A stretch of 61,608 bases of DNA, filler included, from Sphacelaria rigidula (Eukaryota): the NCBI GenBank assembly GCA_964200075.2. It is 8 parts of 8 records of this genome, joined end to end, with 100 filler letters (N's around TTAATTAATTAA, not from the genome) between each part and the next. Parts side by side here need not be neighbours in the genome. Positions count along the whole stretch, not along the records: positions 1 to 7,614 come from CAXNAA020014087.1; positions 7,715 to 15,328 come from CAXNAA020014088.1; 6 more parts are not named here. One strand, written 5' to 3'. The notes beneath the pieces are model-generated. The model ran no database searches and was not told the origin of the DNA. It saw only the letters and a program-made list of their open reading frames with translations. Each line of letters opens with the position of its first letter. The first letter of the stretch is position 1. The position numbers and the translations under genes are program-made. Shown here piece by piece: positions 1 through 14,395 of the stretch.

Positions 1-819
1 GTTGCTTGAACCAACCATCGATGATGTGACAACCGCCCGTTCGTAACGAAAAAACCTAACTTGACCGTGACACCAGCCCCAAGATCGGAACAGTACGGTG
101 TTTCACAAACCCCGTTATCACAAAAGACCGACGCGTTGTGAGTTGTGAGTCCAGTGATTTTGTCGATGCGAAGGGACTCGGGAACCATTTCCGGGGAGAA
201 AGGGGCGTGGTCGTTGTGGCGACCGTGAACGGCAAATGAGCGGGAAAAGAACCGAATGTGTGGGCGCCATGGTTGGAGTTGGCGTGTAGACTCCCTGGCA
301 CAGTGTAGAGAGCGATGGCTTCGCAGAGTTACGGTTTCTACGGTTTCGGCCGATCGTTGGCCCAGGTTAGGCACGATTGAAAAATAATTCCTAGATCAGG
401 CATACCTCGGCTAAATGTGGCCTACAAAAGGTAAGCGGTTTCTGGAGGCGAAATGTCCGTTTTCGCGTGGCCATATCTCTCGAGTAACATGTTTTTCATC
501 CGTTGTTTTTCGAGTCCCGCGTGCCAATGGCCCCCCCAAACGATGTGCGTAAAAACCTAAAAAAAAAAGTCAAAATGGCGTGTTTGGCTGTTTTCGTGTT
601 TCTGGCCATTTTTCGTGCCTTTCCTAGGCAAAAACGAGAAGGTATACTTTTTCTACGCCATCGCCCTTTTTTTTCTTTCATTCTTGCTGTTGGCTCTTGT
701 TCTTGTTCTTGTTCTTGTTTTGCCGTTTCCCAGTTTACCCTGTTTGTTCTCTCCATCTCCCGGTTCACCCTTTCTCGAGCTCCCTGTTGCGAGTATTTGC
801 GTTTTGCTTACCTATTTCA

Positions 820-882
820 CATCCATCTGGTGACCGCGACTGGATTATTATGGGATCAGTTCATATGACTCTTTCAATCAAT
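820..882 (+). mobile_element. Degenerate 3' end of non-LTR (LINE/SINE) family with AATC tail, copy 1
   Basis: catctggtgaccgcgactggat...gatcagttca...tcaatcaa resembles copies at 3146, 26686, 29802 and 44176; preceded by a T-rich tract. Confidence 0.5.
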
Positions 883-3145
883 TGATCTAATTAATATGTT
901 ATTGTACCTCGTGGGACAAAAGGGGGAGGAGGATGGCTGGATGAAGCAGAGGTGGATTTACCGTCAATTAGTCGATCATCCACAGGGGTATGTGGCTGCC
1001 ATCAGCAAGCGCCTCATATCGATTACCGTTTTGGCCTGGCCGGCAATTCCACCGCTCTGACGTGACTTGCTTGTTGCATACTCCCCAACCAGACACGTTG
1101 TCGCCACCATAAGAGGCGGACGTGTCCTGGACTGGTTTTATAGCGCGGTGAATCAAATTCCCAAAAACGAACGAGCACGTCTCTGTTTCACATATGCTAA
1201 CGCTGGGAGAGAGATCTCGATGTTCTGGCGGAGGTTCTCTATACTAAAATCAAGTGATTCGACCAAAGTGCTTACTAGACAAAAACTGCATGTTCTGTGA
1301 GCCATACACACGTGTTTGGTAACATACGCGTGCTTTTCCTCATGAATTTTCGACCTACTAACGAATTGTTTTAATCCTGAAAACTTTATCGTTTCGCCAT
1401 CTACCCACGTGATTGGTTCAGCCTGCGAGAAATGATAATAATGAAGGTCCATTGTGCCGCACCTCCAAGTACGCTTCTTTTAGTATTGGTTTCCGGAGGG
1501 TGAACAATGCAACACAAACCATCCAATCCACTCTTTGTGTCGCCCGAAACTACTGTACACAGAAGCAGACACTACAACAGGTTCCAAGCTCACGAAGAAC
1601 CCGGAATCGGTGCTTTACAACGCTCGACCCCACACTAAAAATGTACCGAAGTGGGTACTGTATGCCCTAAAAGTAGAGTAATGAGAACGAGAAGGAAAGT
1701 AGGTACTGCCATGATAAAATAGACGCTCACCACCCGAACGAGCGACGTTGCCCGCGATGACGGTCTCGCCATGCATCACAACGGAGCTAAAGTAGGCATA
1801 GATGGCGCCTGCAGAAGGAACAGCAGCAAGCTCAAGTAAACGGGTTAGCTTCTTGCGTATGTATAGAAACTATTGTGTTCGTGATACTGTGACGGCACAT
1901 CGCTCTCCATCGTCTCGCTGGTACTTTGCAAGGAGTAACCTTACAGAGTTACTCGAGTGGTTGCCGTACGGATGCGGAACCAGATGCTAGAAAACTCGCC
2001 CGGAGGTGTTGACAACAAACCACGGACAGGATCGCATGGCAGCGCATTTGGGAATGGGCGTCGGTGAGTAAGCAGTTGGTTGTACTTCGGTTTCAAATCA
2101 ATCAGCACCAGCGATCTGCGCTGAAATTTGAAGATGTAAGGAGACTCCATTGAAAAAATGCGAATGAAAGCGTCTGTGACAGCTCTTGTCTCGTAACGGC
2201 TTACGCTGCACTGCACGAAAAACACACCACCTATGTGCCTTCTCGCTCCTGAGCGACAAATGAAACATCAATATGTCTTACCTCCAAACCCTCCTGCTGT
2301 GTTTGACACAAATTCAGTGATCCCATTGAAAATCATATCGCCCGCTTCCGGCACGTGCGCGGATAGTGCGCCTGTCCACCAGTGAGTATCGGAAGCAGAC
2401 CGGCAAAAACATGTGAAAAAACTCTTGTCGCACACTTCAAGTCGAGGTTTTCAAGCCGCTATACCCAGGGAACATGATGACGGCCCCCAAACGGTGGACT
2501 GTTTCGTGTGAAAATAACACGCTTGAAATGAGGACAAACGGCATGACGAGAAACCTACATCAACCCACCGCATTCAGAAAATTATGCTTGCATGTGAATT
2601 CCGAAACGCTCTCCTCCGCCAAGGGCTGAGCTCCCGGATGAAAGCAGATAGAGCTCAAGGCATACAGGAAACGTGTATCTTACACAATGTGCACAGCATG
2701 CCACTACTACGATTTGAATCGATACAATATAGCCGTAATCCACCTTGACATCACGGGAGGCAATCGCCGCGCAACATTCAGATGTTCTCCCATCGGATAT
2801 TTCACATACTGATCGTTTTGACGATTCGTCCCGGGAAAGGCATACCTCAGCACGATACTACCTAGGAATCGAATCGCCTGCAATCTGCCCTAGAGCGCAA
2901 GGTGCCCGATCTATGAAAGCACGATGGAATGCTTCTGGAAAATTTCAGAGTTTTTCTCCCGGATTCGTTATCAATTGCAGCGTCCCCCGGTATACCTCCA
3001 CTTCCACTTGCGCTGTTGCCGATGAAGTGCGTAAGGCCGTCCATGACAAGCCCAGTATTCCGTCCGACTGATATCGCACCTGCGCCATATATATATATAT
3101 ATATAAATCCATTTCTTCGGCAAGTTTCAGTTTTGTTATGTTTCG

Positions 3146-3219
3146 AGTACGTCTAACATGCGACCACGGCCGGATCCCTGAGAGGTTAGGTAAAGTGCGA
3201 CAATCAATCAAAATCAACC
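3146..3219 (+). mobile_element. Non-LTR 3' end with AATC tail, copy 2
   Basis: tacgtctaacatgcgaccacggccggatccctg...aagtgcgacaatcaatcaaaatcaacc. Confidence 0.7.
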
Positions 3220-5607
3220 GATGATCCATCATAGGGTGGTAGAAATATAGCGTCACCGCATCCATGGATGATGCGCCTTGCGCCAATCGTTATGCCGTGT
3301 TGTCGCTGGTTTTCGGTGCTGTCTTCGTCTAAAATGCGAGTCGCATGTGACAACTTTGGACGGTCAGCACAATTTGGGTTGCGATTTGGTTTGCGCACAC
3401 AAGTTGCTGACGTGTGCGCCTTGCGCGTTTCAGCCGACGGTCAAGCTGCAACAGCTTCCGTTTCATGTATACTGTGTCGTCTGCGCAGGCTGCCCCCTGC
3501 CTTTGGTGTTGGATCAGCGGGTGAGCATCACCGATATGAGATACTCACAGCAACCTTCATCCTACAAATTTGTTTCTGCTGACAACCTTTTCAAGCCGCA
3601 GGCCGTGAACCCTTTCCCTCCCGAACAAACCTCGGCATTGAAAGGCCACTGCAGTGTCTAGACTTCGCCCGCCGCAAACAAGAGTAGCTCGTTGCATACA
3701 TCAAGGAACAGTATGCCCCCAGCATGCTCCCAGTTCCTGAGGCTGGGTGGATGTCGGCAGCAAATGCTATGAATAATCTGCACACAACCCACGAGTGTCT
3801 ACATGAAACGCTCAGTAAATCAACCACTGTTCAAGTCCGGGCAAGATAGTGCATGTGCATGTACGTTGGGGTTGCTCCCGAGGGCTTCAATGTCCTGGTC
3901 ATTGGCGTTCCTACGGATCACCACCAGGCAGACGTGTACGAGTTACACGGGTCATACAGATCATTCATTCATCACGCGATTTGTGCAGAGCAACCGGGTT
4001 CTACAGGTTACTACGTGAGAAAAGTGTTTAGCTTGAACGGGTCATGCGGATACAGATCAATTGCAGATCGCAACGGTCACACGGCTGATCGTCGGGTAGG
4101 CTTACGAGAGGTACCCGTGCTTCATCAACGCCGGCAATGTACACGTCGATGACACTTCTCCAGAACTTTTCGTCATACGCTGGCCGAACAATGTTATGAT
4201 GAATCAATCGAGCACATATAATAGCTGTATCATATTTCTCCCTTTTCCCGCCGCGCATGGGTGTGCACCTTGAACGAAGAAATACGAAAACTATCGTCCT
4301 TCCTGCCGCTGGCACAACTGAACATACGTACGTGTCATCTACGCAAATGAGGACCACTATTCCTCACTACTGCATGGTATTTGAAGGGAGTAGCGTCGAT
4401 AAGTTACAGCAGCGTCCTGGACATACAGATGTCGGAGTGAATGAACGTTTGGATACGACTCTTGGTTGGCCGCCGAGGGATGTCAGTTTGTTGGGAGATC
4501 AAATTTGATGTTCCGAATGATCGATGGGAGATACAGGATGGTTGACGTCTGCTGCGCATCGAATGATCATGTGCACAACGGATAGTGTTCCCCGAACGTT
4601 CGTTGGATGGAGGATTTCTGCTCTTTGGTTATTGTATTATGGTTAGATACGGATATAATTCTTGCGTAAGGTAGTCACGCGGGCGCCCCGAGCACTCATC
4701 CCAGCTCACTCTATCTTGGGCTCAGGATATCATCAGCCTTGCCGCCGTTGCTCTGAGTTCCAATTGAGTCCTTACCAGAGAGTTTGGTGGTCGCGGGAAA
4801 ACTACTGGCTCTGGTTCGTATTATAAAGTATAAGGAGATAACCAATTTCTGTGACAACTGGATTTGAACTACTTCTGTGATTTGGATCTGGGTCGGTTGT
4901 TATTGCGCAGCTGCTATACTTTGCAATCTGGCACACACGGCTTGAGCCTCTGTTCGTGAGAACATATCAGGGCAAAGGTGTACTGAGGCTGCCTTCTCCA
5001 AGGCGGCTACGCCATAAGTTCATAATAGATGGTACTGCTACCGGAGTGTAAGAGCCCAATTACAAGGACATTGGGCTGGCCTCCTAATGTTGCTGGCATT
5101 GTTGCGCGAAAAAGAGCCTGAAGGTAGTCAATGCTAATGCTCAGAGGCCGCTGCTGTAGCAACTATTTGGGTGTGAACTGAGTGGGTGTTGCAATCGGCA
5201 AACCAGTGGGCATTTTGCGAGATGACCTCGCTCCTTCGGCTCATGACACGTCCCGTTTCGTCCACAGATCTACTCTGTGTTGATCATGCGAGCAGATCAA
5301 AGTTTCTTGTGAATGCACAACTTCGGAAAAGAATGTGCGCGTAGAACCACTTAGAATGGATTCAGGGCGCTCATCGTTACATGTCGGAACTTTGTTTCAT
5401 GCGAAATGTTAAGCGTCGGGCCAGGTCAGTACTTCGGTTGGGAGTCACATGGGGAGCCCTGTTCAACGTGAGCACACAGATGAAAGTTGTCAAATCAGGG
5501 CTCCCCGCATGCTCCCCCACCGTAGTACTACTGTAGCCTAACCCGACGCTCAACGTTCCGCGTATCACAAAATTCTGACATGTTACAGTATGATAAGTGC
5601 CAATAAA

Positions 5608-5954
5608 TATACGTACTTCATGTCCCATATACCGTGCTACTACAGTCGAACTACAACCTACGGACTTATGAACATGCGCATTGTACCCGGGCCATAAAGG
5701 TTAGCAGGTGAGAGGAATCCTGAATACCGTGTATTGTATACTTGCAAGGGATGCTCCGACAGTGCACAGCTTTGGGAAAAAATGTGCACCCCCACCGTGG
5801 AACGACTCGGAATAAATATTATACATATATACGTACTTCATGGTCCATGTGCCGGCTGCTACAGTCAAGCCACGGACTTGTAAACATGCATTGTACCCGG
5901 GCCATACAGATTAGCAGGTGAAGAATATACTGAATACTGCCTTCTTGTATACTT
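5608..5954. repeat. Diverged direct repeat of about 130 bp (5608-5744 and 5828-5954)
   Basis: atacgtacttcatg...gcattgtacccgggccata...ttagcaggtga...ttgtatacttg present twice. Confidence 0.8.
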
Positions 5955-6383
5955 GATCCGGATCTTACGGGTGCGGGCAAGTGCTTCTTGTGTACTAGAT
6001 TCGGATTTAACGGGTGAAGGGTAGCTGTTGGTATACATGAGATTCAAATCGCGCGGGTCGACGACAAGCTGCTGCGTTCGCCTGAGCCAAGTTATAAAAT
6101 TGACAACTATGTGATGTTGCACAGACCATATTTCTGCAGATCAGTTGCGCTCGAAAGTGTGTGTGTGAAGTGGGCCCTACAGATCGCCGGTCGGCAGGTA
6201 TGTACGGGTCAAGCGGGTCCTACACATCACCACCGGACAAACGTGCACGGGTGACAGCACACCGCGGACAGATCACGATCTACACCCCCAATGAGCTGGC
6301 CCGGTTCTGTCACGAACTGATGTGTCCGTCGTGTGAAATACTGTCATATGCGATAGGCCACCGCGTGGTGATATTCACCTTAC

Positions 6384-6584
6384 CTCCCAATCCCGCGGCG
6401 TTGTTGGCGGTAAAGTTACACGACTGAACGGTTACGTCAGAATCCTCTTCGGCCAACACCGCTCCCCCATCATCCTCAGTAAAGCCTCTCACGAGCGTCA
6501 AGTCTTGAAGGAAGAGCGTAGAGCCGTTCACGTTGAACAGCTGCACGGCTTCACCGCCGTCGATCTCAGCATCCGTCGTGCCTC
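6384..6584 (-). CDS. Internal exon of polymorphic-outer-membrane-protein-like / adhesin-like beta-helix protein (GGA repeats)
   Basis: cag|...|gtaag splice sites, 201 bp; GTTDAEIDGGEAVQLFNVNGSTLFLQDLTLVRGFTEDDGGAVLAEEDSDVTVQSCNFTANNAAGLGG has the GGA(V) and FxxN motifs of the pectin-lyase-like Pmp family. Confidence 0.75.
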
Positions 6585-7614
6585 CTGCGTGACAGGGCGA
6601 CAATCAGTAGTTGGCACAAGTGTGTGTGTGTGTGTATTGATTGGAAATGGATCGCGATTGTCAATGGGTACTCAGTCATGTCTGCCTTTCTGCATTCCCA
6701 TTTCGGTTATTCATTCGTTTGCCACCACCGTTCCGAACCACTTGGAATCGGTGAGGACCTTCTTGGATGTCGAGGACCCCACGCTATGAAGCTTCGACAA
6801 CCGGGGCACATGCCTTGCCGTCGGCAACGCCACGGAGCAGATACCATCCAAAACTCCATCGTCAGGCAAGGCAACCTTCCTCATTCGTTTTGGCGTTAAA
6901 AGTGACATATGTAGGCCCATAGGGGGCCTACATTTGATCAAGTGGCTTCCAGCTTGGCCTGTCTATCAGCTGTCTGTCAGACTCCGTTTCTCGCTCTCTC
7001 TTCTCTGTCGCTGTTTGCTGGTGTGCCTGCTCTTCCCCTGCCCCTCCGGTCTGTTATTTTTCCTTTTGATGTTGAACTTTTAGGAAACATACCTCATAAA
7101 AATATTAATTCCGGGTAAATACATGCAACTCATCGACAATATATCGCGAAACATTGAATGCCTTGCTTGTGCGGTATTGAAAGCTAACTTCCGAGCGTCG
7201 TCTTTCCGCCCGCGCGTTCACGTTTTGGATCCTCGTTCACCTATGCTGTCTCTTCTGCCACCAACAAGTGGTGGAGCCATTCGCGTGCAGTAGCATCTAT
7301 GTGAGTACAAATATTACCTTTCTACTGTCACAATCGATCGATCGACCAACTAATAGCATTCTGGACACTGTGTTCTATCGCGATCGTTTACCGTGAAATA
7401 GTTATGTGTAAGATGTGCGACGCGTCTCTACACTAGGGCACAGTATCACATTTCTGTACGTTTCAGCGTCATTTGCGGTGTATGTGAAAACTGCCTAAAA
7501 ATGCTGCAAAATTGGTTACATACTTCCTCCGCCCCGGAAGTAGCATATAACAGCCGATTTTATATTTTGGGGTTCAAACAAAATATGGGGCTGAAGTGGC
7601 ATATCTGTCTTGCA

Positions 7615-7714
7615 NNNNNNNNNNNNNNNNNNNNNNNNNNNNNNNNNNNNNNNNNNNNTTAATTAATTAANNNNNNNNNNNNNNNNNNNNNNNNNNNNNN
7701 NNNNNNNNNNNNNN
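7615..7714. other. Artificial 100-bp spacer (N44-TTAATTAATTAA-N44); same spacer at 15329-15428, 23043-23142, 30757-30856, 38470-38569, 46183-46282, 53896-53995
   Basis: Identical N-runs around a linker with stops in all frames; they divide the window into 8 blocks of 7613-7614 bp. Confidence 0.98.
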
Positions 7715-7782
7715 GCCATAGTCATACGACCATTGACCTCGCATCCCTACAAAGCTGGGACGGAGCGCGCCGGGTTTTCGCC
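7715..7782 (-). mobile_element. 5'-truncated 3' fragment of C-tract-associated LINE family (subfamily B)
   Basis: Reverse complement matches 25970-26040; G-run at 7783-7795 lies at the 5' junction. Confidence 0.8.
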
Positions 7783-7877
7783 GGGGCGGGGGGGGTGGCA
7801 TCCAGCCATGTGCCCCCTGGTGTTTTGCCGAAACGTTGGCGGATGCGGTCAGCTGCCGTAGACAGTAGAGATCCTCA

Positions 7878-10200
7878 TGTATGTGTACATGTATAATTTC
7901 ACTTTTTCCACCACTGTTCCCTAGTTTTCTCTCGCGGCAAGGCATCTTATCACGCGCTTTCTTTTCCAGTGCACGAAGAAGGTGCAGCGGTACATTACCT
8001 TTAAGGTTTGGGTGTCATCTGATACCTGTGGTGCGTATTCTGGCCATCGGAAGTCGCATACATCGGCTCTTTTTCGCGGGGCGTCGATCCCGAACCACAA
8101 AAGCCTCTTCAAGATGATGGAAAACCTCAAACAGGAACCTAAACCATATAAGCCTGTTCACGGCGGGGTATTTCTTTGCCTTCTCGTTGAATCGGGAGCA
8201 CGACGACAGCGGTTATGCAGCAAATGTCACGAGAACGTGAGAGCAAAGCAGCTGAAATCATTCGAACATTGCCTTCGCCTTAGTCAGCAACAAAAACAAG
8301 ACCGTGCGATGAGCCGTTGGCGAGTTGAACAAGGCACACAAGTGGGCAAAAGTCCTTACTGTGGGTCAGCTGTGCTGGACAAGCGCAGGGGGGGTGACGA
8401 AATCCCTCTGATCATGCAGCCCGTAACAGAGAGTTCCCTAAAAGGATGCACCTGTCAAGTACCGGCGCAGGGATGCCCTTGTGACAGGGATGACGGTGTC
8501 CTTGTGACAAGGATGCATCCCTGCACAAGTGCTTCACAGAGGGGGCCTAAAGAAATGCACGTAAATGATGGTCGGTACTATGGAGATGCCACCAACCCTA
8601 ACGCTCACCCTAACCCTAACATCGACCAAGGTATACCGAGAATCCTCGGGCAAGGGGGGTGCAGTTTCATAGGTAAAGCGTGGGTTGCGAGAGCTCAACT
8701 CAACGCCTTTCGAGAGCTCAAATCGACGCCTTTGAGCCGAGTTGGGACCAAAACACGTTCTGGACGACCTGATTCTACTGCTCACCACTGCTCATCTGCC
8801 CCAAGCACTGAATTTTCTCAGAGCTTTCCTTAGTCTGAAATCAACTTAAATCGAGTACCAATCGTTGTTTATGTACATTTCTTCAAGTCTTCCAGTGTGG
8901 CACTGCAGGCGAATGCATATATACACGCGCAGATGCATAAACTTAGATACGTTGAGCGGCTGGACGGCCGATGCGGTAGCAAACTGGCACCGTTCTGTAC
9001 TGCGGCCCTTTCTGGATCATGACCATCTGTAGTGCACCGATCGGCATACAGTCTGTTGAGCTGCGCACTTCATGGTGCACGATTCTAAGCGCGCTGCAGC
9101 TGCTGCGAGGCGCTGAAATGTTGCTCATAGGCTGTGCAAACCACAGTCAAGTTTCAAGTCGCTATACCTTGTGCTGTGCGCTGCAGCAGTGCGCACTAGA
9201 TGGCAAAACGGCCAGATTTTGTTCCGAAAAAAGTGTTTTTTTTTCCTTTTGGCGCAACCCTGACTTCACAGGAACATCTCTGCGCCGGTACTTCACATAA
9301 TAATAAGTGTGAGTTAGCACGCTGCTTCGGTAAGGGCCTCGAACAGGGGTATTTCGGAACTGAAACGATTAAATCACCAACTGACCGCTTTTCCTTCTCA
9401 ATCGTATCCTCTACTCTTAATTCCACGAAACATCGTTCTACGTAATTGGAGGTTCCCTCATCAGTTGTGTTTGTTTGTCCATGTCTGTTTATTTTTCGCG
9501 GAGAGCAATATATACCTGCTCGATCGAAGCGGACATTGCGATAACTCGCGCGCTTTTCCTCCCTTCATTCAACCCATGAGTATTATGTACATGTATCAGC
9601 TCGCATTTTCACCACTTTTGCCAAGGTTTCTTTGCCAGCAAGGCATTTTTTCCCACGTTTTCTTTTGCAGCGCACTGAGAAGGTATACGAAGTATATTTT
9701 ACATCATCGACTTGCGTCACCCCCGGAAGGCCCGTACCAACCTCCCGAAGGGGAACCTTGTATGATATACTCGGAGTATTATATATGTACATGTATCATT
9801 TCACAATTTTCACCACTTTTGCCGAATTTTCTCTGGCGGCAAGGCATTTTATCCCGCGCTTTCTTTTGTAGTGCACGGGGGAGGCGCAGCGGTACATAAT
9901 CCTTCCGGTTTGGGTGTCATCTAATTCATGTGGCGCGTGTTCTGGCCATCGAAAGTCGCCTACACTGGCTCTTTTTCGCGGGGTGTCGACCCCGAACCAC
10001 AAAAGCCTTACCAAGACGATTGGAAATCTCAAACGAAAACCACAAAAGCCTGCTCATGGCGGGGTATTTTTCACCGTGATTTTCTTTGCGTTCTCGATGA
10101 TTTGGGAACACGAAGACAGCGGTTATGCAGCGAATGTCACGAGAATATGACAGCAAAGAAGTTGAAGACAGCTGGACATTGCCTTGACTTAGTCAACAGC
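7878..10200 (+). repeat. Local repeat family: about 400-bp copies at 7878-8285 and 9784-10200, about 100-bp partial copy at 9584-9690
   Basis: gtacatgtat...ttttcaccactttt...gcaaggcattt...ttctttt...ctggccatcg...ccgaaccacaaaagcct...cagcggttatgcag recurs. Confidence 0.85.
8593..8620 (+). repeat. Short telomere-like (AACCCT)n relic; similar one at 54408-54428
   Basis: aaccctaacgctcaccctaaccctaac. Confidence 0.5.
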
Positions 10201-13200
10201 AAACACTTAGTGACTAGTCGAATGATCTGAGACCCCTTATCATTTAATTTTGAGGTGAAGCCTCTAACACGGTCATATCTGCGTAATGTGTGCCCCCAAT
10301 TATGCGAACATAAACATCCACAAGAACTTGGGAAAGAACACTGAAGAACGTGTAAATTGGTATCAGAGTGCATGGGATGTCACGAAGATGGTTAACAAAA
10401 CAGCGAAGCCACACGTGTCAACCAACCTTGAACCAGCACAGTGCTAAAGGCACGGCAAATTAATCAAGCAGGCCCACCTCTGGAAACGCGGAGACTCGAA
10501 ATAGCACTGACAAAAAACTGTACCCAACCTGCGAATGCACGACCTTGTCATTCCCTACCATTTAGCAAACGAAAGAAAGGGAGGTGTATTGGATGGTCTT
10601 ACAGCATCCCAGCTTGCAAGCTGAGAGGAGTTGTAAACTACAGGCAGTTCAATATTCCACATCTCAGTACGCATGAAATGGAGAAAAGTGTCAACCGTCA
10701 GGTGAAAAACAAATCGGAGAGAAACGGGTTTCCTAGTCAGTACAATAACTCACTCCTCCAGAAGGGCACCAAAATAGCCCTCAGTTGTGATGTGAAAATA
10801 TATACGAAGAGCAGAAGCTTGAAAGAGCACGATGAGAGTTGGTCCCTGAGCAGCCTCCAGAGCAGCTGTGGAAAAAATAATACACCACACGAAGGACCAT
10901 CATAAAACAAAGTAGCTCAACTTGTTGAAGCTCTCAAGTATGTTACATTCTGCGCCGTACCCCAAAGGATCAGTAATGTTACATCCCGTTGTAAGCAGGG
11001 GCTGTTGATTCCAAATCGAAGCACTAGTCTCCCCTTTGCAACCCGATCGTAGACGACCACTGTTATGACTCGTAACAACACATCATCACCCGCCAGGTAT
11101 ACAGATGCGCCCATAGGGCTATCCTGTGCACCAGCCTGCGTTAGAGTCCCAGCCAGAATAAACGGTACCCTCGCTGGAAATAAAGACAACCAATTCCGCA
11201 TCAGATGTACCGTATATCATCAAAAGTCCACATATAAACAACAGGCCACCATGGCTGCCGATGATACAAAAACAGTGTCGCCAGGTCCCATCGATTTCAG
11301 AAGCGCGGTGGGTTCCCCAAAAAGACAATCCGAGGGTTCCGGCATAAAATAGCAGTACTAGGTGGAAAGAATATATATATAAATATCAACTACCGAGTGA
11401 TAAAAGTCAACTCGCAACAGCTGTTGAGGAGCCGCGCATAATAACCGAGGAAGACACTCGATCGCCTGATGTACCTCAAGCATTCACGCGCATCATGGCT
11501 TCAAGAATAGCATGCACGTAGTCGACGGATAAAACGGAAATAGTACAAAATTTCCAACCCGTTGGGCCGGCATGTAAACCCCGGTAAAACTTCCTGAGAA
11601 TGATAAGACACAAAAACCGGATAAACTTCATGTTATTTCGCACATCCTCTCACGACTGTTTGCGCTACTACAGCTAGGTGGTAAGGTGCCAAACGACCAT
11701 GCGTTGCATATAGCCGAACCACATATCACCGTCAAATATCAGCAAAGAAGCTTGACCGTTTGAATCTAGTGCGAAGTGACCGAGAGTGGTCAGTCAACCG
11801 TGGGAATAAATTTAAAAAAAAAAACGGAGCCGGGAATGCGCACACTATGTCAACATCGCCAACGCCGAGAAAACGGTCAACAAACGGCCAAACCTTGCCG
11901 ATGGGACACGTTACGGTAAGATGTTACGGATCGCGGCGTGATGCGGTGGAAGGCGGACAGTACAATGATGGGCCGTTGATTCGGAACAAAGATACGCGCC
12001 CGGAGGGCTGATCGCGGGAACTGGCTGGTACCTGCGGTCAGGGGTGAGGATGTTAAGTATTCCGTCAAGATACGGAGTACAGGAACATGCCTCTTACATC
12101 TGATTGAATCCGATTCTTTCTAAGAATCGGTGCAATGCTATGATGCCCTGGTGTTCGATCTTTCGAGAAGACTCTGGCTATCAACACCACCAAGGAACAA
12201 AAGAAATCGAATCACCTGAAGCTGTGAACAAGGATATCCTGACGATCGACGTGTACTGTACTGCGTTGGGCTGTCTCCCCACGTGCTGTGAGCTTACGAT
12301 TGTTACAAGGTTAACGGTGAGACAGTTTGGAGCTTGAGTACTTTATGAAGAGATGTGAAGGGATCGACCTGTAGTAAATAAATATGAACGAACTCGTGCA
12401 CAAATGAAAGGCAGTCAAGTAATAAGTAGAATGAAAGATACCACACGAAATAGTGAAATTTCGTAATCGTTGACCGAAGTTTTGTTGTTTGCCTAGTTCA
12501 GTGATCAACCTGCACTGTAGAGTTAAGCAAATGCTGATATCAATTGGAGACTGTTGTTTGTCCGTATCATGGCGCTTCTACAACCGGGACTATTGTGTCG
12601 ACCGTTGTCATCTGTGACATATTGATCACTCATTCCTACGATTTGCGAAATGCTCGTGCTGACGAAACATCAGTTGACGTGATGCTTCAGCCCTTATATA
12701 ATCAAAGATTGAAGTGCAATTCCGTTCTTTGCTTCATGTCATAGTCGTGGCGACGTCTGGGAGTGCGTAGCAGCGCACCAAATGGCCAGCAATGATATGT
12801 GATACCCTCACGTCCATGCAAGCATATATGGGTGATCAAGCTGGGGAGGTTGCTGCAGCAGCTACCCGCATTTCAGCTCGCGATGCGAGTTAGCTCATGT
12901 AATGTCGGCAGACCGTGTCTCCGCAGGGAAGCTCAACAAAGTCAGCTGTCCCGACGCCCGCATGTGGTATACAGACAATAAATATCCGTAGATAAATTTT
13001 ATAGTATGAGTGCGGATGATTCGAAATTTTGATACTTCAACTGACCGAGTCAAGCTACCGCATGCATGCAGTGTTAATCTCGCGAAGCCGCGTTTCTACA
13101 GCATCTGTGCACGACCACAACGCGTCTATAACAAACTGTAACCTATGCAGGGAAAGGAAACGACGGCTGATACTGATAACACCGGGCTACCCGCTTGAAG

Positions 13201-14395
13201 TGATTTCACGGTTTACTGGCTGACGTGGGGATGACGCTTGGCCCATGCTGCATCTGGGTTAGATTTGAATTCGTGAACCGTCACTCGCTACCGTGAAACG
13301 TGGGACTGATTGTGCAGCCCGGGATATACCAAACAGATGCGCTGATGCTGTCGCTTTGAGTCAAGTTACTGCATCCATATAGTGCTTATTCTTGGCCACT
13401 TGAAGCCGCGTTTCTACGGCATCTCGTGTCTGCAATAAGCGCACACATGTATATATATATCCTGGGGTGCAGGGTTGCCGTTGCAATGCTGCCGCTTGAT
13501 TTGGAGCTTGCTGTGCCCTGTTCAAAATCGGAGATACCCTACACCATGCTGTTTGAATCAAACTTTGATGTACTTTCGTACTGTCTATTGCTGTTGACTT
13601 TGTAAGACAGCCGGCCGTCTGCTGTGTGCATCCTGTCACTAAACATGAGTTTTGCTCAACGCTTGCACAGTGCACGACCCAGGCTGATACCCCATCTTCC
13701 TTTAACCTGATGCGGCGTACTGTTGTCATTTGAATGCTACCAGTTAACCCTCACCATTATCCTGTATCGATCATGCCTTACTGTTCGGCGAGATATTACC
13801 TGATGTTGCTCAATACCGATGGACTTGACTGTTGAGCCAAATTGAAGCACTTCCCTCACATTTCACCATATAAATGCGGAGTATTTTGATATTTTTCGCG
13901 ACGTGAAAATTTGTGTGTTGCAGTGGACACCTGATGATGAGCGACTGTACTGTGTTGTACGGTGCTATACTACTGCTGGATAGCAGGTGTTTCAAGTGCA
14001 ATCCCCCGCCCCAAGTACTATCATCGATCTGCTGCTATCCAACCTTGTTGTTGCCTTGACGTTGTAACCGAGAAGCGAACCGCCAAAGAGATAATGAGTG
14101 AAGCGCACGAAGGTATTTACGGGGAAACATGATGTTCCATGAAGCTAGGGGGGGTATCACCTGCGACCACGTTAAAGACCATGTTATGCTATGCTTGCTT
14201 AGACGCGGTAGCAGGTCAAATATTTCGCAAACAGCAATGAAACCGTTGAAGCGGCGTGATCTCCCGTGTGCCTTGAAATAAAACTTGCCCTCACGGGTGA
14301 GTGCACAGGATCGAAATGTGAAAGTCCATCGTGCAAGGAGCTGTGAGATAAGACAGCTTGATGTTTGCTTTATACACCACATCACAGTTGACGCC

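Noticed and set aside
7659..7670. TTAATTAATTAA as piggyBac TTAA sites or a regulatory motif
   Set aside because: It is the artificial all-frame stop linker inside the N spacers
8593..8620. Telomere
   Set aside because: Only 3-4 imperfect interstitial units
7982..8833. 283-aa ORF as a gene
   Set aside because: It runs through a non-coding repeat and a telomere-like relic; the related copy at 9784-10200 does not keep the frame
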